In this document: piece by piece, positions 8,865-18,900 of the stretch | Position numbering within the stretch: position 1 is the stretch's first letter | How the letters are laid out: every line of letters begins with the position of its first letter | IMG/VR virus record: IMGVR_UViG_3300025668_000745 | Location: 1 to 64,000 of that record | DNA: 64,000 nucleotides | DNA from: a virus | Strand: one strand, 5' to 3' | The notes under the pieces: generated by a model | Told to the model about the DNA's origin: nothing | Database searches by the model: none | Seen by the model: only the letters and a program-made list of their open reading frames with translations | Translations under genes and position numbers: made by a program

Positions 8865-11231
8865 ATGGCAACACATACAAGAACACTTAATGATGGCAAA
8901 GTACGCAATCCTGGACCGTTTTTGGCAAAAGTTATAAGTCATCTTGATCCTTCATACATGGGAAATTTGCAAGTACAATTGCTTAAAATTGCTTCAAGTG
9001 GAAATACATATGAAGCATACGGTGAAAGTTTAACTGTTAGATACTTGTCTCCATTTTACGGAGTTACTCCACTAAGTGCGTCTTTACCAAATGATAATTA
9101 TCCGTCAACGCAACAGTCGTATGGCTGGTGGGCAGTGCCTCCAGATGTAGGACAACGAGTATTATGTTTCTTTGTAGAAGGAGATAAATCTCGAGGTTAT
9201 TGGGCAGGATGTGTGCAAGATGAACACATGAATATGATGGTGCCGGGCGGCACGCCAGCCTCTGCATTTAATGCTACTGGAGATAAAGTACCAGTAGGAG
9301 AATATAATAAGAAAATTAATAGACCAGCACAAACAGATGCAACTCGATATTCAAAGGCTGTGAATACATACGCATTAGGATCTTTAATACAGCAAGGTTT
9401 AGACTTGGATGAAATTAGAGGACTAACGAGCTCCAGCGCAAGACGAGAAGTGCCCAGTATGGTATTTGGCGTTAGTACTCCGGGACCGATAGATAAAAAC
9501 GGACCACGTGGTAGAATAGGCACCAGTGACGTTAAAGCCCTTAAACACACCAGCAGATTAGGTGGTAGTAGTTTTGTAATGGATGACGGAGATCCTTCAT
9601 TAATAAGAAAAACACCAGCAGGTGGAGCTAATCAAGGGCCGTCAGAGTATGTAAATGTTGAAGGTGGTGAAACAGGAGGAGATCCATCTTTACCGCATAA
9701 CGAACTTATGAGATTTAAAACACGCACCGGTCATCAGATATTAATGCATAATACTGAAGACTTAATATACATCGGTAATGCTCGAGGAACTACTTGGATA
9801 GAAATGACCAGTAATGGTAAGATAGATATCTATGCTCAAGATAGTATAAGTGTACATTCTAATCAAGACTTAAATTTTACAGCGGATCGAGATATAAATT
9901 TTACAGCCGGTCAAAATGTAAATTGGGTTGTTGGTAAAGAATGGAAGCAAGATGTTGGAAGTAATATTAATGTTACTTCGGGAGATTATATATCACAAAA
10001 TGCTGCCGAAGCTATTACAAACAATGCAGGAAGTTTTATTAATAATTATGCAGGAGATAGTATTACTTGTACAGCCCAAGGAAAAATTGCAATATTAGCA
10101 GCAGATAATTTAAATTTAGGATCTACAGCAGAAATTGGCATTGAATCATGCGGCGATTTAAAATTAAGTACAGACGGTAATTTCCATAATAAAGCTCTTG
10201 GCAATATGAATACACAAGCTGATTTAGAAATAAATTCGTTATCTGGATTAGCAACAAAAATAACAAGTGGTCAAGTTATGGGAATAAAAAGCACAGGAGC
10301 AAATGTGCTTTTAACTGGTAGTAGCGACATACATTTAAATGGTCCTGTAGCACCATCAGCAACAGCAGCAGTTCTGCCATCGATTGCAGATCCTACAGAT
10401 CCAGTTGCTCCATTACGTGCTGCACAAACAGCAAGAGTTCCGCAGCATGAACCTTGGCCACAACACGAAAATACTGATCCAAGTTTGTTTACACCTGATA
10501 AAACAAGAGCAGGACTTGAGCAATCTACAGCATATCCGCCAGAAGTTTATGATACATTTAATAAAAACGTAGGACGAACCCCCGGACAGCAGAACGTTTC
10601 AAGAGGAACTAATCCAGATCCAGGATCTAATTATGATGCAACACAAAATGTTCCACAAGGTGAAAGCAACAACAGAACATCAACAAGTGGTAACGCATCT
10701 CAACCGTTAACTTCTGCTCCAGCAGGAGTAATAACAGGATTAACAAACGCTCAAACTGTTGCGTATCTTAATGCTATTGGACAACGAGAAAGTAATCTTG
10801 CATACGATGCTGTAAACACTTTAGGGTTTAGCGGAAAATATCAATTTGGTAAATTAGCATTATATGACGAAGGTTATTTAAAAAGTTACAGCGGAACAAA
10901 TAAACAAGCAATTCAAAATGCATCTAATTGGACAGGCACAGACGGAATGACCAGTCAACAAGCCTGGCTTGATTCGGTTAGTGTTCAAGAAGCAGCAATG
11001 ATATCATATACAAATAAAAATCTTAGAGCTCTTAAAAGAAACGGCGGATTAAGCGACAGCGATAGTGTTGCTCAAATTATGGGTATGCTGGCAGGCTCAC
11101 ACTTATTAGGTGCCGGCGGGATGAATAGATGGCGTCGAGGTGAAGGCGGCAGAGATGCATACGGAACAACCGGCGATGAGTATTTTGCATTAGGCGCTAA
11201 TGCAGCAGGAGGAGCAACAAGTAATGCTTAG
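8865..11231 (+). CDS. gp5: Baseplate central spike (gp5/VgrG-like) with C-terminal lysozyme-like domain
   Basis: N-terminal OB fold (DPSYMG.LQV, YGWWAVPPDVG), TRTGHQI motif and beta-helix repeats. C-terminal AIGQRES...Y...N..G..GKYQF is a lysozyme/transglycosylase-like motif. Confidence 0.8.
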   Translation: MATHTRTLNDGKVRNPGPFLAKVISHLDPSYMGNLQVQLLKIASSGNTYEAYGESLTVRYLSPFYGVTPLSASLPNDNYPSTQQSYGWWAVPPDVGQRVLCFFVEGDKSRGYWAGCVQDEHMNMMVPGGTPASAFNATGDKVPVGEYNKKINRPAQTDATRYSKAVNTYALGSLIQQGLDLDEIRGLTSSSARREVPSMVFGVSTPGPIDKNGPRGRIGTSDVKALKHTSRLGGSSFVMDDGDPSLIRKTPAGGANQGPSEYVNVEGGETGGDPSLPHNELMRFKTRTGHQILMHNTEDLIYIGNARGTTWIEMTSNGKIDIYAQDSISVHSNQDLNFTADRDINFTAGQNVNWVVGKEWKQDVGSNINVTSGDYISQNAAEAITNNAGSFINNYAGDSITCTAQGKIAILAADNLNLGSTAEIGIESCGDLKLSTDGNFHNKALGNMNTQADLEINSLSGLATKITSGQVMGIKSTGANVLLTGSSDIHLNGPVAPSATAAVLPSIADPTDPVAPLRAAQTARVPQHEPWPQHENTDPSLFTPDKTRAGLEQSTAYPPEVYDTFNKNVGRTPGQQNVSRGTNPDPGSNYDATQNVPQGESNNRTSTSGNASQPLTSAPAGVITGLTNAQTVAYLNAIGQRESNLAYDAVNTLGFSGKYQFGKLALYDEGYLKSYSGTNKQAIQNASNWTGTDGMTSQQAWLDSVSVQEAAMISYTNKNLRALKRNGGLSDSDSVAQIMGMLAGSHLLGAGGMNRWRRGEGGRDAYGTTGDEYFALGANAAGGATSNA

Positions 11232-11240
11232 GAGAAAAAT

Positions 11241-12014
11241 ATGTGTCAAGTAGTTATACCGAGTACTCCGGTAGTTAATCCTAACATAGTAATCACAGAA
11301 CAAGATACTGCTGGCTTCGCACAATCTTTAAGAGCAAGCAGAAATACTGGTGAAGGTTGGGGCGACCTTGCAGGCAACGGTGATTTTTCTACAGGGTATT
11401 ATGGTGCTTCCGGCGGCGCTGGCGCACAAGGTAATTACGCTCAATCAATACCTCCTGCAGAAACTGTGCCTGAAGGAGAAGGGTTTGACGCTATTAACAG
11501 TGTCTTAGAACAAAACTTAAATCAAAATTGGCAAGAAATAGGAACTCCAGGAAATCCTAATATTCTTGGGTGTTACGAAGTTGCTGGTCAAAGCTATAGC
11601 GGAGACGGAACTCCGTGGTGTGCAGGGTATGTGAGTTATGTTTTAAATACAGCAGGGATTGAATGTTTACGAACTCTAAGTAGCCAAGGTTATAAACAAT
11701 ATGGTTCAGAAATTGATTGGAGGACATTTGAAAATGTTCGCACTAATGACATAGTAATTTTAACAAGAAATTCTGACCCGCGCTTCGGACATGTTGGATT
11801 TTTTAGAGGTTACAATCCGTCAACAAGGCGTGTACAGATGTTAGGCGGAAATCAAAGCAATACTGTAAAGTTAAGTAATTTTTTAGTAAGGGGCGATAAA
11901 ATGACATTAACATCAATAAAAAGAAATTGGACTGTTCCGGAGAAATATAATTTTCCAGTTATTGGAACAGATTTAGCTTCAGGTAACCTTGATAGTTATG
12001 CAAGTACGAGGTAA
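11241..12014 (+). CDS. CHAP/NlpC-P60 peptidoglycan hydrolase (TIGR02594-like)
   Basis: TPWCAGYV (catalytic Cys), GHVGFF (His) and LGGNQSNTVK. Confidence 0.85.
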   Translation: MCQVVIPSTPVVNPNIVITEQDTAGFAQSLRASRNTGEGWGDLAGNGDFSTGYYGASGGAGAQGNYAQSIPPAETVPEGEGFDAINSVLEQNLNQNWQEIGTPGNPNILGCYEVAGQSYSGDGTPWCAGYVSYVLNTAGIECLRTLSSQGYKQYGSEIDWRTFENVRTNDIVILTRNSDPRFGHVGFFRGYNPSTRRVQMLGGNQSNTVKLSNFLVRGDKMTLTSIKRNWTVPEKYNFPVIGTDLASGNLDSYASTR

Positions 12015-12017
12015 AAA

Positions 12018-12452
12018 ATGGAACAAGATTTATATAAAAATATTAAAGTTGTAGGGTACGAAGATAAAACATCTCAAATATCAAAGAGGTATAGAGGTAT
12101 TAGTACAGTTAACAACAAAAATGAAAGTAAGGTATTATACGATGTTTCTATTATCAAACAAGATATAATAAATCACTTTCATATACGACAAGGCGAAAAG
12201 TTAGAAAATCCTACATTTGGAACTATAATTTGGGACGTTATATTTGAGCCGTTAACTGACGATCTTAGAGAAGCAGTATTAGAAAATGTAACAGATATTA
12301 TTAACTCAGACCCACGTGTTCAAGTTGATAGTGTTTTTGTAGAACAGCAAGAAAGTGGTATTTCGATAGAATGTACACTACGATATTTGTCGTACAATAT
12401 ATCTGAAAAAATGCGTTTAGATTTTGATCAAGCAAATGGACTCATTAGTTAA
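12018..12452 (+). CDS. gp25: Baseplate wedge subunit (gp25-like)
   Basis: IKQDIINHF.IRQGEK..NPTFG..IWD.IFEP...DPRV motif. Confidence 0.9.
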   Translation: MEQDLYKNIKVVGYEDKTSQISKRYRGISTVNNKNESKVLYDVSIIKQDIINHFHIRQGEKLENPTFGTIIWDVIFEPLTDDLREAVLENVTDIINSDPRVQVDSVFVEQQESGISIECTLRYLSYNISEKMRLDFDQANGLIS

Positions 12453-12453
12453 G

Positions 12454-12480
12454 TGCGTATATATTTCAAGCAAATAAATA
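12454..12480 (+). promoter_or_regulatory. Late promoter TGCGTA-N14-ATAAATA upstream of the gp6-like gene
   Basis: ATAAATA at 12474-12480, then an AGGAG RBS and the ATG at 12498. Confidence 0.7.
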
Positions 12481-12497
12481 CATTGTAGGAGAAACGA

Positions 12498-15400
12498 ATG
12501 TCAGTAACTGATAGGCAAAATAAGTTAATTGTTGCAGAAGATTGGAAAAGAATTTATCAATCGTATAGGAATGCGGACTTTCAAAGTTACGACTTTGATA
12601 GTTTAAGACGCACAATGATCAATTATCTAAGGGAAAATTATCCCGAGGATTTTAACGATTATATTGAAAGTTCAGAGTACCTTGCACTTATTGATTTGAT
12701 TGCATATCTTGGACAAAATTTAAGTTTCCGTATAGATTTAAATGCAAGAGAAAACTTTCTCGAAACAGCAGAGCGTAGAGAAAGTATCTTACGTTTAGCA
12801 AGACTTATTAATTACAATCCAAAAAGAAATTCAGCAGGTAACGGATTTCTAAAAATACAAAGTATACAAACAAGTGAAGATATTATTGATAGTAATAATA
12901 TTAATCTTAACAATCAAAATATTGTTTGGAATGATAGTGCCAATTTAGATTGGTATGAACAGTTTATTAAAATTTTAAATAGTTCTTTAACAACAAGTAA
13001 CAAGTTTGGCAATCCAATTGCATCAGATACAGTTAGTGGGATTAATTCGGAACAATATAGAGTTGCAGGTGTATCGTCAGATGTACCAGTTTTTAGTTTT
13101 TCTAAAGCCATTAACGGATCAAATTTACCTTTTGAAATTACAAGTTGTCAAATACAAAATGGAAAGATTACAGAAGAAGCACCTTATCCTGGCAATAGTT
13201 TAAGTTTTGTTTATAAAGATGACGGCAAAGGCGCAGCAAGTTCTAATAACGGATTCTTCTTACATTTTAGACAGGGTACGTTACAAAACGGAAACTTTAA
13301 TATTAGTAACCCAAGTTCTAACCAAGTTGTAAATATAGAATCTACAAATATAAACGACTCAGATGTGTGGCTTTATAAATTAGATGACTCGGGTAATGAA
13401 ATTGAACTATGGAACAAAGTAGATAGTTTAACAGGAAATAACATTATATACAACACACTTACATCTGGATCTAAAAATATTTATAATGTATTAACTAAAG
13501 CACAAGATAAAATTAACGTTATATTTTCAGATGGAATATTTGGTAAATTACCTAAAGGTAATTTTAAAATTTATTATAGAACAAGTGCAAATTCAAGTTA
13601 TCAAATTGTTCCAAACGAAATTAGAAATATTTCAATTAAAGTTCCTTATATAAATGCTAACGGAAACTTGCATAATTTAACAATTACAGGAAGTTTAGAA
13701 TATACTGTTACTAACGCATCAACTACAGAAACAAATGAAAGTATTAAGCGTAATGCACCTGCAACATATTATACACAAAATAGGCTTATAACAGCTGAGG
13801 ACTATAACATTGGTCCTTTAAGTACCAGTCAAGATATTATTAAAGTAAAGAGTGTTAATAGGAATGCAAGCGGCATAAGCAGATATTTTGATCTTAAAGA
13901 TAGTACAGGAAAGTATTCTAACACTAACGTATTTGCTGATGATGCTATTATATACAAGCAGGAAATAGTAGAAAAGACTGCATTTAATTTTGAAACAAAA
14001 ACAGATATCGAAAATGTATTAATTAATACAATACAACCTATTATAAAAGAAAATAATACAAGAAATTATTACTTTGAAAAATACAACGAAATTCTTCTTA
14101 CAGAAAATAACGTAGTATGGACACAAACTACAACAGATACAAATAGAGATACAGGGTACTTTAAAGATTTAAGTGACAATGTGTATAATCTTGGTAGCTT
14201 TACAAGTGGCAATTTACAGTATGTAGAACCAAGTGCATTAGTTAAATTTTCTGCTCCTACTGGTTATCATTTTATGACAACAGATAATAATAAACTTATG
14301 CTCGGAGATGCAGATCATCCTGGAGCAGTTTCTTATATATGGACAAAAATCATTAATGTTGTAAATGACGGAACAGCAAATTCAACTGGAATTTTAGACA
14401 ACGGCGATAGTCCTGTAGTTATTACTGATAAAATCCCATCAGGCGCAATACTTACTGCTATAAGACAAAAATATACAAAAGAGTTTGGTACAGATATTTT
14501 AAGTAAAGCAATTGATTTAATTTTTGCACTTAAAACTTTTGGATTACGTTATGATGCAATATTGCGTCAATGGAAAATAATACTAAATGAAGATTTAGAT
14601 ATTATAAATCCTTTTAGTTTAGGTAAGTCTGGTGACACAACAAAGACAAATCAAGATAGTAGTTGGATAGTATTGCTTGAAACAAATGGCATTAGTTACA
14701 CAATTACTAATAGAAAATTAGAATACGTTGCTGAAAGTAAAGATCAAGTTAGATTTTTGTTTGAAAAAGATAACACAGTATTTGATACAAAAACAGGACA
14801 GTATGTTTCCGATACAGTTAAAATTTTAAGTATAAACAAGCAGCCTAATAGTCTTATACCTTTTACAAAAGATTACACTTGGCAAATTATTGATGTGTTT
14901 AATAATGTCGAAGGATATGTCGATAGTAGAAAAGTTAAAGTAGACTTTTTTGATAGTGATTTTGATAATACCGTTGACGATCCTGATATTTTTAATACAT
15001 TAGTTGATCAAACAGCAAGTAACCTTAATAGGTTTGTATTTCAAAAGCAATATATTACTTCAGAAAACTTAGAAGATTTTAAGTACGTATCACAAGCTGA
15101 CGAAGGTATTATTATTGTTAATAATGAAGGACAAATTGGACCATTAACTAATGCATACCCTGATGGACAAATATTCTATCTTGTAGAATCTGATTTATTT
15201 AAAAAATATACAGAATCGGCATCTTCGCTATCGATTGTTAGTAATTACAAAGCATTTGTTGGCAGAGACGGATTAAAAGTACAATATACTCATAGTGCTG
15301 ATCAAACAACAAGAATTGATCCAAGTGTGAGTAATATAATTGATACATATGTTTTAACTAAATCTTATGATATAGATTTTAGAAAGTACCTTTCTGGTGC

Positions 15401-15968
15401 AACAACAGTAAAACCTAATCCGCCAAGTAGTGATGAATTATTTTTAAATTATGCTGAAAAAATTAATGCAATTAAAAGCATAAGTGACGAAGTTATTATG
15501 CAGCCGGCAAAGTATAAGGTTTTATTTGGTAATAAGTCTAATACTAATTTACAAGCAACTATAAAAGTTGTAAAAAATCCTGCAATTACTATAAATGATA
15601 ATTTGATAAAGAGTCAAATAATTGATTATATGAATGTTTATTTTGCATTAGACAATTGGGATTTTGGTGATACATTTTATTTCCAAGAAATGGCGACTTA
15701 TATTATGAACAAAATGTCGCCTATAATTGTTAGTATGTTAATTGTACCAAACGACCCGGCACTATCGTTCGGCGGCCTTTTTGAAATAACAAGTGAAGAT
15801 AATGAAATTTTAATAAGCGGAGCAACAGTTGAAAATATTGATATTATATCAAGTAATACAGAATCGCAATTAAGAAGTTTAGGATCACAAGTAATATCTT
15901 ATTCTGAAGCAGGATCCACAAGCGGGTCTTTAGCAGTTAATAATAGTAATAGAGGAAGTAGTTACTAA
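12498..15968 (+). CDS. gp6: Baseplate wedge subunit (gp6-like), 1156 aa
   Basis: DFDSLR...DFNDY.ESS, NARENFLETAERRESILRLA, FSDGIFGKLP and TQNRLITAEDY are gp6/baseplate-J motifs. Confidence 0.9.
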   Translation: MSVTDRQNKLIVAEDWKRIYQSYRNADFQSYDFDSLRRTMINYLRENYPEDFNDYIESSEYLALIDLIAYLGQNLSFRIDLNARENFLETAERRESILRLARLINYNPKRNSAGNGFLKIQSIQTSEDIIDSNNINLNNQNIVWNDSANLDWYEQFIKILNSSLTTSNKFGNPIASDTVSGINSEQYRVAGVSSDVPVFSFSKAINGSNLPFEITSCQIQNGKITEEAPYPGNSLSFVYKDDGKGAASSNNGFFLHFRQGTLQNGNFNISNPSSNQVVNIESTNINDSDVWLYKLDDSGNEIELWNKVDSLTGNNIIYNTLTSGSKNIYNVLTKAQDKINVIFSDGIFGKLPKGNFKIYYRTSANSSYQIVPNEIRNISIKVPYINANGNLHNLTITGSLEYTVTNASTTETNESIKRNAPATYYTQNRLITAEDYNIGPLSTSQDIIKVKSVNRNASGISRYFDLKDSTGKYSNTNVFADDAIIYKQEIVEKTAFNFETKTDIENVLINTIQPIIKENNTRNYYFEKYNEILLTENNVVWTQTTTDTNRDTGYFKDLSDNVYNLGSFTSGNLQYVEPSALVKFSAPTGYHFMTTDNNKLMLGDADHPGAVSYIWTKIINVVNDGTANSTGILDNGDSPVVITDKIPSGAILTAIRQKYTKEFGTDILSKAIDLIFALKTFGLRYDAILRQWKIILNEDLDIINPFSLGKSGDTTKTNQDSSWIVLLETNGISYTITNRKLEYVAESKDQVRFLFEKDNTVFDTKTGQYVSDTVKILSINKQPNSLIPFTKDYTWQIIDVFNNVEGYVDSRKVKVDFFDSDFDNTVDDPDIFNTLVDQTASNLNRFVFQKQYITSENLEDFKYVSQADEGIIIVNNEGQIGPLTNAYPDGQIFYLVESDLFKKYTESASSLSIVSNYKAFVGRDGLKVQYTHSADQTTRIDPSVSNIIDTYVLTKSYDIDFRKYLSGATTVKPNPPSSDELFLNYAEKINAIKSISDEVIMQPAKYKVLFGNKSNTNLQATIKVVKNPAITINDNLIKSQIIDYMNVYFALDNWDFGDTFYFQEMATYIMNKMSPIIVSMLIVPNDPALSFGGLFEITSEDNEILISGATVENIDIISSNTESQLRSLGSQVISYSEAGSTSGSLAVNNSNRGSSY

Positions 15969-18900
15969 TGGCTTATAATGATAACCAAAATGAAAATGAG
16001 TTGCCTACAGGAAACGTTAAAAAAACGTCAAGCCAGTTTCTTCCAAGATATTTTAGAAGTGATTTTAACAAAAAGTTTTTACAATCTACAGTAGATCAAT
16101 TTATTAGTAATGGTAACATTGAAAAAATAAACGATTATGTAGGTAAGCGCAGCGCTCGAAGTGTAATAGAACAAGATACGTTTCTTCCTGATGTTTCAAA
16201 AGAACGTGAAGATTATCAACTTGAACCTGCCTTAGTTAATTTTGACGAAGTTAACAATGTTACCTTTTTCAAAGATTATAACGATTTTCTAAACCAGTTA
16301 AAAATATTTGGCGCTGACACTACTAACCACAATAGATTGAACCAGCAAGAATTTTATAGTTGGGATCCAAAGATTGACTTTGATAAATTTACTAACTTCC
16401 GTGAATACTATTGGTTACCAAATGGTCCTTCGGCTATTACAGTAGTTGGTCAAGAAGAAATTATTGAAAGTACGTATACTGTAAAATTAGGTGACGACCT
16501 TGATAATACACCTTATATATTTGATCCAAACGGATTAACAAGAAACCCTACACTAACTTTGTACAAAGGAAGAACTTATAGATTTGAAGTAGACTGTAAA
16601 GATGCTCCGTTATTCTTTAGAACGTCAAACATTAATGATGACGATTATAATTTTGGTATGGCTGTTAATAATGGTGCTGAAGAAGGCATTATTGAAATTA
16701 ATTTATTAGACACTGCACCTGATACATTATATTATATAAACGGAAATGATCAAAATCAGTCCGGCATAATAAATGTTTTGAAAGCAGAGGACGCATCTTC
16801 TTTAGATGTTGAGTTAGAAATTTTAGGTAAAAAGAATTTTAAACTTTCAAACAACGTTGAAATATCAAACGGAATGAAACTAAACTTTGCTGGAAAAACA
16901 AATCCATCAAAGTACGAAGAGGGTAATTGGTATGTTGAAGGTGTTGGTAACAGCATAGTTCTTGTCTCAGATAAAGATTTAGAAATACCAGCAAAATATT
17001 CAGATGCGACTCAAGTTGAATTTGATAATGTACCGTTTGATAGCATACCTTTTTCTGATCAAGCAACCTTTGCTGGAACTAAAGATTATATTGTTATAAA
17101 CAGATCTTCACCAGAAAAATCGCAATGGAGTAGATATAATAGATGGTATCATAAAGATATAATAGAAACAAGTGCAAAAGTTACTAATACTACAGCAGAA
17201 CTTAATCAAGACAATAGAGCATTTAAGCCTATCATTGAATTTAATTCAGGCTTAAAACTATATAATTATGGTACTCGAAATATTACTAATGTAGATCTTA
17301 TTGATACATTTACAAATGATGTTTTTAGTATTATTGAAGGTCAACAAGGTTATAACATTGACGGTGTTAACTTAGTTGATGGCATGAAAATTATTTTTAA
17401 TGCCGATACAGATACCAGAGTACTTGGAAAAATTTATCAAGTTAAATTTATTAAATTTAAAAATAATAATCAATTAACATTAGTTGAACTCGAAAGTCCA
17501 CAGCCAGTATTAAATGACACAGTATTAGTTCAGCAAGGAACTAATAATTCAGGTACAGTTTATTGGTTTAATGGATCTAAATGGATTAAAGCTCAAGAAA
17601 AGACAGCAGTAAACCAGTGTCCGTTATTTGATCTATTTGACGAAGACGGTAATAGTTTTGCTGACGAAACTGTTTATAATGCAACTTCATTCAAAGGAAA
17701 CAAAATCTTTAGTTATAGTGAAGGCACTGGAACTAACGATGATGATTTAGGATTTCCTCTATCGTATAGAACTATTGAAAATACAGGTGACTTATTATTT
17801 AATTTTAATTTTATTAAAGAAACATACAATTATACAACGTCTAATTTGTTGTTAACTGAGAAAATTTCTTCAAACTCTTATGTAAGAGTGTATGATAGAA
17901 TAGGAAATTATACAACTGAAAATGCTTGGAAAAAGTCTAAAGTTACAAATACACAGCGTATTGTATTACAATATTTTGCTAATATTGACAATCAAAATAA
18001 TTTTGAAATCAATTGTTTTGATACAATTCCATTAGATGTAACTGCACAAGTGTATGTTAACAATGACTTAAAATTTGAAAATACTGACTATAACTTAGTT
18101 AATGAAAATAATAAACTGTATGTAAGATTTTTACAAAATCAATTAGATAAATCGATAACTATTAAAGTTTCTTCTAAACAGGATAAAAATTCTAACGGAA
18201 CTTATGAAATTCCTATAAACTTAGAAAGAAATCCTAAAAACGAAGAACTACCAGAATTTACATTTGGTGAAGTAGCAGATCACGTATTATCAATTGTTGA
18301 AGAGCATCCAAAGTTTTCAGGAATATTTCCAGGAACAGGCAATTTAAGAGATTTACCTGATAATTGTTTATATGGTAAAAAGGTAGTTAGGCACAGTAGT
18401 CCATTTATGTTATCTGGATATCATATCTTAAATAAAGATGCAAACATTATAAAATCTTTAAGATATGCAAAAAGAGAATATTCTAAATTTAAAAGATTAC
18501 TTTTGCAAACAGCAATGACTTTAGGATATGAAGGTAGTGCTGGCAACCATCTTAATATAATATTAGGCGAAATTACTAAAAATAAAACTAACACAATGCC
18601 TTTCTATTTTAGTGATATGATTGCATATAAAGGATTTGTTACTGTTGAACATCTTGTAAAGGATAGTAGAATATTAAATTATCCAATGAATCAACAATTT
18701 AGTTTAACTAACTTAACTGACAAATCTGTATTAGTTTATAAAAATAATATATTACTTACATATGGTAAAGATTACACATTTAATCAAGACTTTGTAAAAT
18801 TAACTGAAGTGTCACGTAATGACACTATCAAGATACAAGAATATGAAACTACCAATGGTAGTTTTGTACCACCTACTCCTACTAAATTAGGTCTTTATCC

